A stretch of 63,660 nt of DNA, counting the filler, from Craspedostauros australis (taxonomy: Eukaryota), in NCBI GenBank assembly GCA_030167865.1. It is 6 parts of 6 records of this genome, joined end to end, with 100 filler letters (N's around TTAATTAATTAA, not from the genome) between each part and the next. Parts side by side here need not be neighbours in the genome. Positions count along the whole stretch, not along the records: positions 19,744 to 51,387 come from JALAGF010004601.1; positions 51,488 to 55,282 come from JALAGF010004609.1; 4 more parts are not named here. The stretch is one strand, 5' to 3'. The position numbers were made by a program, and so were the translations under genes. Each line of letters begins with the position of its first letter. The first letter of the stretch is position 1. Of the stretch, positions 41,485-53,012 are shown piece after piece. The notes below the pieces were generated by a model. It did not search any database, was not told the DNA's origin, and was given only the letters and a program-made list of their open reading frames with translations.

Positions 41485-44400
41485 CTTGAGGTGACCGTCG
41501 CGGTCCTTCGATTCGGGCAGTACGTGTCACCAATGCAGGATCTGCTACGCTTGATGGGTGGTGTCGTTTGCTGGTGCTGCTGCGTGCTCCTCTGATGTGC
41601 GTCTGGTTTTTTGTGCCTGTGAAGATCGTGCATGTGTGTTTGTTTCCTTGCCTGTTTGTTTGCTTGTTTGTATCTCCTCCACAGTTGTGAAAGATGCTCG
41701 AATGGCAGCGTGTGGACTGCGCAGTGAGATTGGAGATGCGACGTTGTCCGTGAGCATCACAAAGCAAAAGCAAACCACTCGCCATCAAACGCACGTTGCT
41801 CTGTGTGACGGGTTTGTCGATTTTGTGCCGTTTGTGATGAGGCAGGACGCGCCTTGCTCTTCGTGGGGAAGCCTGCCGACCAGACACAACGATTTTTGGC
41901 GAAACATCTCGTGTTGTTTTGTTCATTTCAAATATAACGGTAACCGTTGCAATGACATGTGGATCGGAAGTCTGCTCGATAGTCAAGACAAGGTACCTCC
42001 TTGACAATTTCGAGTTCTGCAATTCCGCCATCAAACGCCTACCCCCAATTTGGGATGTTTCAGACAATCGGAAAAGGATGTAACGCTATGCGACACTCCG
42101 AGATGGAAAGATTGTTTGGATTTGGCGCGCAAAATCGTACCATCGTCCCCTCTCACAGGACTCGAGACGCGAGGGCAGATGGGCAGCTCGTACGTATGTG
42201 CGATCGACGACCTGTGGATCGCATGTTGTGAGGACTTCGTGGAGGTGAGATGGAAACGATCGTCTGAAATGACACAGGGACGCTTTTGCGTTTGCGGTTT
42301 GGTTACATGGTGGTCGTTTTGCGTCTGTCCAGATCGTCGATCGGACACAATGCGAGAGAGGAGATGGTGAGTGGTGATCGTGGTATAGAGTACGCGCACG
42401 CGAAGAGCAGGGGAGAGTGTTGTGCTCGCAGAAATGCAGGGCATGCATGAAGAGGAGCTTTCGTCGGCGCAGAGGCGGATAGTGCCGATCTCCGAACGAC
42501 GACGCGTTACAGTGATTGTGGGATGTGACTCACGCTTTTCGATTGGTGTTGCAGAGTGCGGCAAAGGCTCGTGCGGATCCAATGTGACTTGCTCACTCCA
42601 AGAGGCAGTTCGCAACCAGGCAGCGCCGATTTCCTTTCTGCTGCTGGTTGGTGATGGCGTTGGCAGCAGGGGTGACGGGTAGTCGTGACATTCTGTTGTC
42701 CCGCAGTTGCTTTTTGGTGCAGGCGCGCATGACGCGATTGAATCTGCGCAGGTCATGTCCAATGTAGCTCAGCATGCTCTGCTGTGGCATCATGTCCTCA
42801 TGATGATACTCGTACACAAAGCAAAGTTGAGTAGTTCTGTAGTCGTCTGGCAAATCCGAGTGGAGGTTAGCTGATCCATCCCCAGAGTGTTCGCGGAGAC
42901 ATTTCGCGAGGAGACCAAGATTGGTGCAGATCGTGGAGGACGATTGTTTGCATGATGGAGAAGAATTGCTTGTCTGTTCCGCGAGCTACGAGTACAAGCT
43001 GCATCTCTGGACAGAGTGTAAAGACACTGGTCATGGAATACGATCAATAATACATCGCACATACTCCATTCTGTGCAGAGAGAGAGAGAGAGTCCTCCTT
43101 CCGAATCGATGCCATGCAAGCCCTCTCGTGTGTCCGCTGGGACGAACGGATCATCGTCCTCCTTACCGCAAAGGCGGGAACTCGAGAAGGAAAGATCCCG
43201 TGGATGGTGTTGCTGCATTTCTGGCTTCTGATCCTGTTTGTCACCTTGGTGATGATCCTTGTGACGATGTTGCTGTTGCTGTTCGCGGTATTGTTGTTGG
43301 TTCTTGCTGGAGAAAATCCCTTGTTTCGTGTTGGTTGGAATGCTGGGACGGGGTTGTGTTGCCTGTGGCGGTACTTGTGCATGCCCCTTGTGGTCGTGAA
43401 ATCGAATAAATGACTGAGTGCATTTATGGCGAAACGCTTCACTTCTGGCATTTGTGTCAGTGAGACTCGCATTGTTATTGCCTCTTCCACCTCTTGCGAC
43501 ATGTCACACAACGCAGAAGGAGCTGTTTGGGTACAATCTTAATTCGTACCAACGCTTTGTGTGTTGGTGTTGTTGTCGGCATCAGCCAAACAAATGAAAT
43601 AGTCACGGACAGGGACAAAGTACACGAGATTCGTGCAGAGAGGGACAGCGCGTGTGGCGGGGAGGAAGGAAAAGTCATCGAAGATGGGCGAACGACGGAC
43701 GGCTGAGACATGGCAAGAAGCATGGCACAACGAGGCGAAGGCAAGAAAGAAAGGAAACCAAGGGACAAGGGAGGCAAAGGAACAATGCGCCCAATGCACT
43801 CACTCTGAGGATCATTCGGCACTTCTTGTCCGCACTCGTGGCTCGCACATAGTGCCAATCATACGCACAAGGAGAAAGAGAGAAAGAGAGAGAGAGAGAG
43901 CACGATCAACACAGATTGCGCAAGAGGGGCCTCCAGAGAGCAGACAGCATCAGCGCCTGTGTCATTGTCTGTATCAGTAGTCGTATCGCAAGGGAGGGCA
44001 TCAAGGAGACAGAGACACGCTCAGGGCCAAGGCCATTCGCTCATCGTTCCGCGCTGCACGACATCGTGACACAACACCAACGTCAACATCAACATTGACG
44101 AGAACAGTACAGCACAGACGGGGGACAGGCAGTGCAACGACACCAAGAAAGCAAGACCAAGAACACCAGAGCAAGAACACCAGAGCAAGAACGCAAGAGC
44201 AATAGCGCACAGCTGAAGGCCACCAAAAAACAACAGCAAGAATTTCTTGACCAGCCTGTGGCGCTTCCATCTTGTTGGAGTTCCCTTGCATTGCGTTGTA
44301 ATCAGAGAGAGAGAGAGAGAGAGCGCCATCGTGTTCCAACCACTCCACGAATATAGCAAGGGGCATCCTTCACAACTGAACGGATCAGGCCCTCCTTCAT

Positions 44401-44824
44401 CCACCTTGTTCAACATTAGCACGGAGGACTTTCGCGAAATCCAAGAGGACAAAGAAGACAAAGAAGACAAAGGCAAAGGACTCCCAGCTTCACAACCACA
44501 GAACCATTGCGACGGCGACGACCCCGGTTCCAACACCACTGTCCAAGTACAAGCAACGAAACCCAACACAAAGCGCATCGCAGAAATAGACAGACAGAAG
44601 GAACCCGCCCTTCATCATCATCGTCTCTGGGGGGAGCACCAGGGGGAGGGTTGTGTGCATTCTGGGGACGCGCGCACAGCTGCAATAGCACTTGCGAGAG
44701 CACGCCAACAGCCAGAGAGGTGAACCGCTGCTCGGACATCCGTCTTCGTCTCGGCCTTGTCACTTCATTTGACTTCTCTGCCCAGCTGCGAACCTACCAC
44801 ACGTTGTGTACATCACACATCACT

Positions 44825-47800
44825 ATGTTGCACCCATCATCATTGCATTCCGTGGGATCCAACTCAGGTTCGGGAAACTACCGGCATAAGCTCTACCAGC
44901 AACAAAGGCCATCGTCGGTGCGATCGCTGCGACCCAGCATGGAACGCCGATCCAGCATCAACATGCACTCCAACCCCCTCAAGGCGGACACGGCGCTCAG
45001 GGAGATGCTCAACGACCTCTCCATCATCAAGGAGTACGAGGCGTTCAAAAAGTGGCGCTCGTCCTTCCTGGAACGCTTCAGCGACTTCCTCGGACAGGAT
45101 GGCAGCGACAAGGCGCAGATGGCCTACCGCCACTTCCAATGCACCATGACGGATCTCGTCGCCTCCCTCGGCGCCGTCACGGAGTTCTTCAACCAGGGCT
45201 ACATCACGCTCTCCGAAGTCGCCGTCAAGGCCCGCCACGCCCTCAACCAGCTCCACATCCTCATGGTGCAGGCCAAGAACGAGCTGCATTCGCTGGCCCC
45301 CGTCACGACGCGCGACACGAGGACCCTGGGCTACAGCAAGTTCCACATCGGCGCCGTCCTCGTCAAGGAGGGATTTCAGGAATACGAAAGATGCAACATG
45401 TGCATCGACATCCTCATCGTCATGGACGACATGATCCTAGAGGACGTGGCCAGTCCGCACTTCCAGAAGGATATTTACAAATTCCGCACGTCCGTTCTGC
45501 AGTTCTGCGATATGATGGAGGATCTTGGCATTTACAACATCATCCTCAAATCGAGGACCTTCCGCGAGACGAAGACGTACGATCTGTCCGAAATTATCGT
45601 TCCCAATCCGCCCATCGGCTATCGGGGGTCGGACGACGAGGATGACGATGACGATGACGATGATGAGGAATACGATTCAGACGAGTACGATGACGACGAC
45701 GAAGAAGAAGAAAATTATGATGGGGAAGAATACGGCGAGGAAGAAGACGACGAAACGGATGACGGGTACGATTATGCCAACGCCAGCGGTAGCGGCAGCG
45801 AACAGGACTACACGGATGATGATGGTGGTGCCAGTGCCGACGGCGGCGATGCTACAAGCTATCGCAGCGATGACGAAGGCAGCACGCAGCACAACTACAT
45901 CGCGGCCAGTGACGATGACGATGACGGCGAAGGCAATGACAATGGCAATGACAATGGCAATGACAATGACAATGACACCAATCAGCAAGCTCGAAGCATC
46001 GCGCATAGCGAGCATCGCACATCTGCTGCCACGCATGAAGCCATCTACGAAGACTATGAGCAGGAAATTGACTACGGCGACTGCGACCATGAGGACGAGG
46101 AAGCCAGCCTTCAAGGAGAGCCATCTGCGGCAAGCCATGAGCCAACCCCAGATCCAGTCTCGCAGTTGCAATCATCTTCGCATCCTGAAATGCACGAGGC
46201 AGAGAGAACACCCATTCACGACGACGGCGACGAGGAATCTGATTCGCGGGATGTCCAATCCTCGTCTGAGGCGGAGCCTCCATCCCATTACAGTGAAGAA
46301 ACCGCATCAATTCACGAGGAGGTCCAAGCAGCTCCGCAGTCGCAGGAGGCGGAACATTCCGAAACCACAGATGTTGACGCGCCTGCGCCATCGCGGGCGA
46401 CAAGCCAACCGGATCATCATCTCAATGCACAACACCTCGCCGCGCCACCGACAGCATCGACGCCGCCAACCTCAAAACGAGACGAATCCGTTGGCAGCAG
46501 CTCGGTCAAGACGGAACCGACCTTCGAATCCGCCACGACCGCAAACGATGCCATCCTGGGTGATTCCTTGTCCTCGTCCGGATCGCGCAGGTACAAATCG
46601 ATGGAGAACTCCATGCAGAACAGCGCGAGCACACGCTTCCACTCTTCCTTTCACAGCTCCGACCAACACCTGGCCGAAGAGGAAGAAGATGACAACGACG
46701 AGCAGGACGGCGACGTCGCGCAACCGCAGGAAGCGGAAATGCAGTCCAGTGGTAATGAAGTTGCAACCGAAGTTGAAGAGGCGACTGCGACAGCAGAGTC
46801 AGAAGTTCCTTGTTCTGCGACGACGCAAGCAGAGACAAGCGTTGACGCAATCACATCGTCTCCGGAAGCAGATGCAGAACCGCTCATGACTGAAGAAGCG
46901 GACGTGATGCAACCCACAGTTTCAGCAGGGAACGAGGCTTGCGAGCCTGAGCATGAATCTCCAAACGACGCCGGCGGCGACGAACGTGAGGATATCGTTC
47001 CAATCTTGAACTCTGGTAACGACGCGAAATCTGAGTCCCAAGAAGAGGCGGCATCACCGGTCTCACAAACTGAGAAAGCCGCAACGGACAACATGGCGGT
47101 TGCTTTAGACCCAGACACGGCAATCGACTGCCATGACAACGACGACGGTGATCATGATGATGACAATGATGATGACAATGACGGGGAGATAGACAACACC
47201 CACGATGATACCAACAAAGGGGATCAGACGAGTGACGAGAAGGAGGAGCCAATTACAGCCACCGATCCCGCAAAGGAGGAAACGATCGAATCATCAATGC
47301 CTGATAGAGATGAGGAATCTCTGGACGGAATCGAAGTGGCAGAAGAGCAGCAGATTAGCTCGATGACACTTGATGTGCAAAGGGCCGATTCCATTGAAGA
47401 CGACACCGAAGCGGACCAGCAACCCGAAGTTGAAGTCGAGGCCAAATCTGAGCTTGAGCCTGATACGCCCCCAGCTTCACAAGAATCGGACCAACAGGCA
47501 GAAGAGGCGCAGCAGCTGCAGGGACGAGTAGAAGAGGTCACACCGCAATCCGAAACAGAACCAAAGACTGAGAAAGCACAAGCGAAGGTGGAGGAAAAAC
47601 CAAAGGCTGAGGAAGAAGCAGAAATAAAATCAGAAGCGAAGGTGGGGGCCGCAGAAGCAAAGATGGAGGCAAAAACGGAACAGCAAACGAAGCCAACTGC
47701 AGAGCCATCAAAGCATGAATCTGCGGATGCAGACGCAGGTGCAGCTGCGCCACCGGCTGCACCATCGGCTGCGACTGTTCATAGAATGATGAGACGGAGT

Positions 47801-49648
47801 TCGCTCGGCTCAGCAGTTCCATGGGCCACCACATCCACTGACGAGGAGGACGACATCGATGACGACGCTTGTTCCGAACCAGGGTTGGTGAAGATGGAAC
47901 GTCGACAACGCCCAAGACTCAACCAGTGGGAGAGCCCGTTCGAGAAGAACCCCCACACCTCCAGCAAGAAGAGGAAGAAAGTCAAGAAGCAGAAGCCGAA
48001 GAAGAAGCGATCGCTGGTCTCCAACGCCACGAAGGAGCGCAAGCTCGCGATGCGCGCGATTCACAACCAGGCCGAGAAGGAAGCAGAGCAACAAGCTGAG
48101 GAAGAAGCAGAGAAGGAGGCTGCGGTGAACAGCACGCACACCGAAAGAACGACTGGGAACGACAGTAATCACACCATCAGATCGGTGGCTTCTGCTGATG
48201 ATGCATGCTCGGTGGTCACCTCGAAGAGCATGAAATCACCAAAATCCACGAAGTCAGGCAAATCGTCAAAATCGTCCAAGCTGTCCAAGAAGTTGGCAGC
48301 CGCAAGCAAGAAGAGATCGTCCAAGTCGAGAAATGCATCGGGTGCGTCGTCCGCGGTGTCCCTGCCATCGTTGCCATCGGCAACTTCTTTCACGCCACTC
48401 AAGGAAACGTCTGATCGCAGCGCCCGAACCGTCTCGACGCGAGGAAGCACGAACACGAAAGGCAGCAGCTCCGGAGAAAAGAAGAGCAAGTCATCATCTT
48501 CGTCATCATCCAAGAACAAGAAGAAGAGCAGCAGCAGCAGCAGTAGCAGCAGACGGAAGAAGCCTTCGAAGGCCAAGTCGACTTCGAATCTCATGGACGG
48601 AATGACGTCGCCACGAAAGAGTAGGTCAAGTGAAAAGCGCTCGAGCAAGGCCAAGAGCATGCGTTCGTTGCTGCCGGAAGTCGAAGAAGGGTCGGAGGCG
48701 TTGAAGACCACGACGAAAGCGACTTCCAGCTCATCAAGCAAGAAGAAGAAGCGCAGCAGCAGCAAGAAGAGGCGCACCAGCGTCAAGACGTCGAGGTCCA
48801 AGTCCACCACCACGCGTCTGGAACGCCGGCCGAAGCGCAACAAGGACAGCAAGCCGCGACGCAAGACGTCCGATCACAGCACGAAGGATGGAGGCAGCAA
48901 TCATTCTCGCAAGAGCGTCCCGCTGCCCACGAAGGCCAAGAAGAAGAGCAAGAGCAAGAGCAAACGCCGTGTGCGACGTGAAGAGACTCGATCGCGTCGC
49001 CGTGGATCCTACCTGATGGAAGAAGATGTGGTGGAGAAGGCGAAGCGTCGCTTGAAGATTATGGATGTTCTCAAGACACCAAAAGCAAACATCAAGGATG
49101 CGGTTGAGAAGGAGGGAATGCCAGTCATGCTCGCCTCGCCGACGCCAACCAAACCAGACAAGGAACCAGTCATCGCCATCGCCGGAAATGTTGGGGTTGC
49201 CCCAGATATCACATCCGACGCTGTGGTGGAGGAGCCAACACCAGATGGTGCTCCACCAGCAGCTGCAACTGCAACTGCAACTTTAACCGCAGCTCCTGGT
49301 CAGCTAGATGCTGTCCCCGAGTCCACAGACGTGGTGGAAAGTTCAACGGACGCTGTACCGGCGCTGGTCAATGACGACAACAAGGATACCGCGGATGGAG
49401 TAGATGGCGTGGATGCCGCGGACGTCTCCAAGTCGCCAAAGGTCGATGACACCAGCGGCAGCGGTAATGTCGCCGATGCTGTTGTCGTCGTGGATGATCC
49501 AACAACCAGCGCTGAGGTTGTGGAATCCACGGAGGTGAACACAGCCGAAGCAACAGAACCAACACCAGCCACTGCGGCAGTTGACGTTGACGTTGACGTT
49601 GGAACTTCCGTCCCACCGGAGGAAGAGACTTCGGTCAGTGTGGCATGA
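44825..49648 (+). CDS. ~1600-aa protein: N-terminal helical globular domain (~44970-45630), long acidic region, K/S-rich basic region
   Basis: 4.8-kb ORF with strong C/G-ending codon bias in the N-terminal domain. Start is ATG 44825 or 44939. Confidence 0.8.
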   Translation: MLHPSSLHSVGSNSGSGNYRHKLYQQQRPSSVRSLRPSMERRSSINMHSNPLKADTALREMLNDLSIIKEYEAFKKWRSSFLERFSDFLGQDGSDKAQMAYRHFQCTMTDLVASLGAVTEFFNQGYITLSEVAVKARHALNQLHILMVQAKNELHSLAPVTTRDTRTLGYSKFHIGAVLVKEGFQEYERCNMCIDILIVMDDMILEDVASPHFQKDIYKFRTSVLQFCDMMEDLGIYNIILKSRTFRETKTYDLSEIIVPNPPIGYRGSDDEDDDDDDDDEEYDSDEYDDDDEEEENYDGEEYGEEEDDETDDGYDYANASGSGSEQDYTDDDGGASADGGDATSYRSDDEGSTQHNYIAASDDDDDGEGNDNGNDNGNDNDNDTNQQARSIAHSEHRTSAATHEAIYEDYEQEIDYGDCDHEDEEASLQGEPSAASHEPTPDPVSQLQSSSHPEMHEAERTPIHDDGDEESDSRDVQSSSEAEPPSHYSEETASIHEEVQAAPQSQEAEHSETTDVDAPAPSRATSQPDHHLNAQHLAAPPTASTPPTSKRDESVGSSSVKTEPTFESATTANDAILGDSLSSSGSRRYKSMENSMQNSASTRFHSSFHSSDQHLAEEEEDDNDEQDGDVAQPQEAEMQSSGNEVATEVEEATATAESEVPCSATTQAETSVDAITSSPEADAEPLMTEEADVMQPTVSAGNEACEPEHESPNDAGGDEREDIVPILNSGNDAKSESQEEAASPVSQTEKAATDNMAVALDPDTAIDCHDNDDGDHDDDNDDDNDGEIDNTHDDTNKGDQTSDEKEEPITATDPAKEETIESSMPDRDEESLDGIEVAEEQQISSMTLDVQRADSIEDDTEADQQPEVEVEAKSELEPDTPPASQESDQQAEEAQQLQGRVEEVTPQSETEPKTEKAQAKVEEKPKAEEEAEIKSEAKVGAAEAKMEAKTEQQTKPTAEPSKHESADADAGAAAPPAAPSAATVHRMMRRSSLGSAVPWATTSTDEEDDIDDDACSEPGLVKMERRQRPRLNQWESPFEKNPHTSSKKRKKVKKQKPKKKRSLVSNATKERKLAMRAIHNQAEKEAEQQAEEEAEKEAAVNSTHTERTTGNDSNHTIRSVASADDACSVVTSKSMKSPKSTKSGKSSKSSKLSKKLAAASKKRSSKSRNASGASSAVSLPSLPSATSFTPLKETSDRSARTVSTRGSTNTKGSSSGEKKSKSSSSSSSKNKKKSSSSSSSSRRKKPSKAKSTSNLMDGMTSPRKSRSSEKRSSKAKSMRSLLPEVEEGSEALKTTTKATSSSSSKKKKRSSSKKRRTSVKTSRSKSTTTRLERRPKRNKDSKPRRKTSDHSTKDGGSNHSRKSVPLPTKAKKKSKSKSKRRVRREETRSRRRGSYLMEEDVVEKAKRRLKIMDVLKTPKANIKDAVEKEGMPVMLASPTPTKPDKEPVIAIAGNVGVAPDITSDAVVEEPTPDGAPPAAATATATLTAAPGQLDAVPESTDVVESSTDAVPALVNDDNKDTADGVDGVDAADVSKSPKVDDTSGSGNVADAVVVVDDPTTSAEVVESTEVNTAEATEPTPATAAVDVDVDVGTSVPPEEETSVSVA

Positions 49649-49992
49649 AGTGACATCGGGAAAAATTGAATCGGCGCTTGTCGAACAGAACACAAGGGGA
49701 AATGTGAAAAATGGGAGAGACATGGCAGCCACCGGCGGAGCACGCAGAGAGGGGGCTTTTTGGGATGTTCCAAGCTAAAACATTGAGTAGTACTTCGACA
49801 GAACGATCCTTATTGATCCTATTTTGCACTTCCATGATGTCTGCTTTCTGCGTTGGTTTAAAAAATGGAAAAGTCCTACTAAAAAGTGGTGTATTGATTT
49901 CATGGATGTGCCATACCATACCATGCGGTACGGAGTGCTCGTAGTCTGCTTTGCCTTGGTGGCATTCATCAGGGCTTGGGATTGCTGCCATT

Positions 49993-50358
49993 CTACGGCT
50001 GCACTCTTCGACTCTTCTTCACGTCTCGGATGTTGGTGATGGGATTGGCAAGGTTGCCTTCTGCCTTCATCTTGTCGCCCAGCATTGTCTTCTTCAGCCG
50101 AGTCGGGCTTGCGAAGTAGTTGGTGTGATCGTCATTCTTGAACGGTGTGAAGGTGATGGGCGCAGCGAGGTTGCCGTCCCTTCTCATGGTATCCGCCTTG
50201 CCGGTGCTGCGAAGCTTGTGCCCGCCCTTCGTGGCCCATGCGGGTTTCGCAAAGCCATAGGCAGATTCCTCCTCCTCCTCCTCCTGCTGCTCCATGGGCT
50301 CGTTCACCACCTCATCATCAAGTCTGGAGCTGTAGCTGCAATCTTCGGTGTAGGACAT
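49993..50358 (-). CDS. Small (121 aa) protein with two L[RK]xT-x8-GNLAxPIT repeats (WH2/thymosin-like)
   Basis: MSYTEDC... start, then KPAWATKGGHKLRSTGKADTMRRDGNLAAPIT and TRLKKTMLGDKMKAEGNLANPIT. Confidence 0.72.
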   Translation of the reverse strand: MSYTEDCSYSSRLDDEVVNEPMEQQEEEEEESAYGFAKPAWATKGGHKLRSTGKADTMRRDGNLAAPITFTPFKNDDHTNYFASPTRLKKTMLGDKMKAEGNLANPITNIRDVKKSRRVQP

Positions 50359-50791
50359 CTTGTTGTTGAAGCTGTTGTGGACAAGTCGCAGGGAAATGTG
50401 TTGTGTGGCTGTGCCTCGGTGCAGATCCAATTTGCGCAATGCAGAATGGCTTTCGAAGAAGTTATGATCTCGTTCATGCCAGTGGAGGATGAAAGGATAT
50501 GATTTCGCGGCACACTGCTGGACACCGCAGCACATCCTGTTGATCATGTTGGACCTAGTCGCACGGCGTGAGTGCGGATGCGCGTCAAGTCGCACATTCT
50601 CGCAGTTCTATTGCCCATACATCGCGCGCCCACGCCCACGCCCACACGCGTCACCTCACGCGATGCGAAATCCCACGCCAAAAAGTGACGGCAGAAACGG
50701 AGTCGCCATGATCTTGGCAGTTGTTGGTCTTGGTCGGGAATGGGAGATGTCTTCTCGTGACTGTTGGGAAGATCTTGGGTCGCGGTTTTAT

Positions 50792-51387
50792 GACCCAGGT
50801 CAGTGAGTGGACCTGCCGTCGGTAAAGTAGAGTGGCACTTTTTCTTCGATTACAACCAAACTAAGCATACAAACCTACTCATTATAGTCACCATAGCAAC
50901 AGGAAAATTACCCAGAATCTCAAAGTCCATAGTTTAAGTTTTATGGACCTGTCAATGTGCTTATTTTTGGACTACTCCTAAATTGGGCGATAGACATCCG
51001 ACAAGTTCGATCCAAAATAACGTGTTCGTGTTCTTGGTTTTGGCGAATTTGTTCACATTTTGAATTAATTAGTCCTNNTTTTTTCCTCCATTTTCGCCAA
51101 CAGTCTCGTTCTCATCCTCGTCCGAATCGCATCCCTCACTTCTTCTGGGACCATCTCTTCGTTCTCTGCATGTGCCTTGGTGGTGTTGGCTTCACACCAC
51201 ATTCTGTGCTCTCGTTCCTCTTCTTCCATCTCTTCCTCTTCTTCCCTGCGCTGCTGTTCTGTTTGCGTCGTACCTGATGGTTCCGCGACAGTTGCGGCTG
51301 TTGCAGGTGGTGATGGTGATGGTGGTGATGGTGATTTCGATGCCATTTTGGTGTTGTTGTCGGTCGCACTTGGTGCCACGGTGGTTT
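50792..51387 (-). mobile_element. Second, diverged copy of the DNA transposon end seen at 18007-18600, truncated by linker
   Basis: Colinear with 18007 onward, with long identical stretches (e.g. gatagacatccgacaagttcgatccaaaataacgtgttcg). Encodes the same EEEEMEEEERE.RMWCEANTT tail. Confidence 0.85.
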
Positions 51388-51515
51388 NNNNNNNNNNNNN
51401 NNNNNNNNNNNNNNNNNNNNNNNNNNNNNNNTTAATTAATTAANNNNNNNNNNNNNNNNNNNNNNNNNNNNNNNNNNNNNNNNNNNNGATATCGCAACAT
51501 CCAAAGACATCCACG

Positions 51516-53012
51516 ATGGCAGGAGCAGCAGCCGAAATTCAGAATTACTTTCGCAATGTGCTACTGTTTCCAGATGACACGATTGGTGAAGCGATCAAGG
51601 AGCAGGGAATATCTTCATTTGACGACCTGCTTTCATTCGACGACGACGATATACAGGCGTTGTGCGAACGCATTCGAAAAGGCAGTGGTTACATCGCAAA
51701 TCCAGCATACGTACCCTCAAAGCCAGTTGCTGGGACACCAGTAATGATACGCAACCCAGGAGTGCCTCTTGGATGGGTATATGAGATGAGATTGCGAAAG
51801 CTTCGCTACATTCGCTTTCACTACAGCCGCATTCAACGAACATTTACATCATCAGGTGCCACATTATCCCGACTCAACACAGTTTGGAGCTTATTCAAAG
51901 ACGAGAAACGAATCAAAGACAGCGATCCACTTCCAACACCCGAGCTACTCACCAAGGTGGACTCAGTCAGAGAGACGCTGGAAGATATCCGCAATTACTT
52001 GGACAACACACTTGGGAGTCAAGACATTCCACTTGCATACGTTGTTCGACCAGAATCAGAGAAGCCAGAGGACAGAATTCCCGCTATCATAACATCATTT
52101 GGAGAACCAACCATGTTGGACGAGCTGATTGACCGTGCACCCCATTCTGGTTCCATTTATAAAGCAGACAGAGCAGCAGTTTGGCAAGTCGTTCGAGCTG
52201 CAACACATGGTGGTCCTGCGTGGAATTGGGTACAGGGATTCGAGAGATCGAAAAACGGACGAGCAGCTCATCAGGCGCTTGAGCAACATTATCGTGGAGA
52301 CTCTTTTCAAGCACGCACGAAAGCATCGGCTGACAAGACGATTGCTGAGACATACTTCGACGGAAGAGCACGAAACTTCACGTTTGAGATGTACGCGCAG
52401 CGACTGAATGCAGCCTTTGAAGATCTTGCGCAGGGAGGTGAACCACAGATGGAAGAAGCAAAAGTCAGACGCCTTATGCGAGGAATCAGAGACCAACGTC
52501 TGTTCCCAGCATGCGAGGTTGTACGAGCAACGAAAACGTACAAGACCAGCTTTCATCGAACGGTGAACTACCTCGCAGAGTCTCTCGATCAGCGCACTGA
52601 CACAACAACAAGTCGACGTATTGCAGGGATGCAAGGCAATAACAGGAAGAACCGAGGCCGCTCAGGTGGCGGTGGAGGCCAAGGCCGGGGTGGCAGGGGC
52701 GGACGTGGTAAAGGCGGCGACAAAAGCAAACCACAATACAATGCCAACATGAACGTGACCGACAGATATTACGACCGTGATGAATGGGCAGTTATGTCTG
52801 CCGCGCAGCGTGCACGTGCCATTGCACTTCGACAAGAACGAGATGCGAGAAGAGGAGTTGCATCACTTGATACGCAGGGACAGAGCAAACGTCAGCGAAT
52901 AGATGGTCAGGACACGACGACTCCTGTTGCCTCGGGAAGTGCCTCTGCCGACCAGCGTAAAAGCGGCATCGGGGCATTCATGACACGTCGCAATCAACAA
53001 GGCCAAACCTGA
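51516..53012 (+). CDS. gag: Gag of CoDi-type copia element
   Basis: PLAYVVR, KNGRAAHQALEQHY, RGG-rich nucleic-acid-binding tail and EWAVMSAAQR motif. Lies directly upstream of the protease. Confidence 0.8.
   Translation: MAGAAAEIQNYFRNVLLFPDDTIGEAIKEQGISSFDDLLSFDDDDIQALCERIRKGSGYIANPAYVPSKPVAGTPVMIRNPGVPLGWVYEMRLRKLRYIRFHYSRIQRTFTSSGATLSRLNTVWSLFKDEKRIKDSDPLPTPELLTKVDSVRETLEDIRNYLDNTLGSQDIPLAYVVRPESEKPEDRIPAIITSFGEPTMLDELIDRAPHSGSIYKADRAAVWQVVRAATHGGPAWNWVQGFERSKNGRAAHQALEQHYRGDSFQARTKASADKTIAETYFDGRARNFTFEMYAQRLNAAFEDLAQGGEPQMEEAKVRRLMRGIRDQRLFPACEVVRATKTYKTSFHRTVNYLAESLDQRTDTTTSRRIAGMQGNNRKNRGRSGGGGGQGRGGRGGRGKGGDKSKPQYNANMNVTDRYYDRDEWAVMSAAQRARAIALRQERDARRGVASLDTQGQSKRQRIDGQDTTTPVASGSASADQRKSGIGAFMTRRNQQGQT

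Noticed and set aside
41490..44820. Many 100-240-aa ORFs in the long divergent intergenic regions (also 23310-25860)
   Set aside because: Mutually overlapping with no codon bias or domain signal, so probably UTR or promoter DNA. No tRNA, rRNA or snRNA recognised by eye; an Infernal/Rfam scan would be needed to exclude them.
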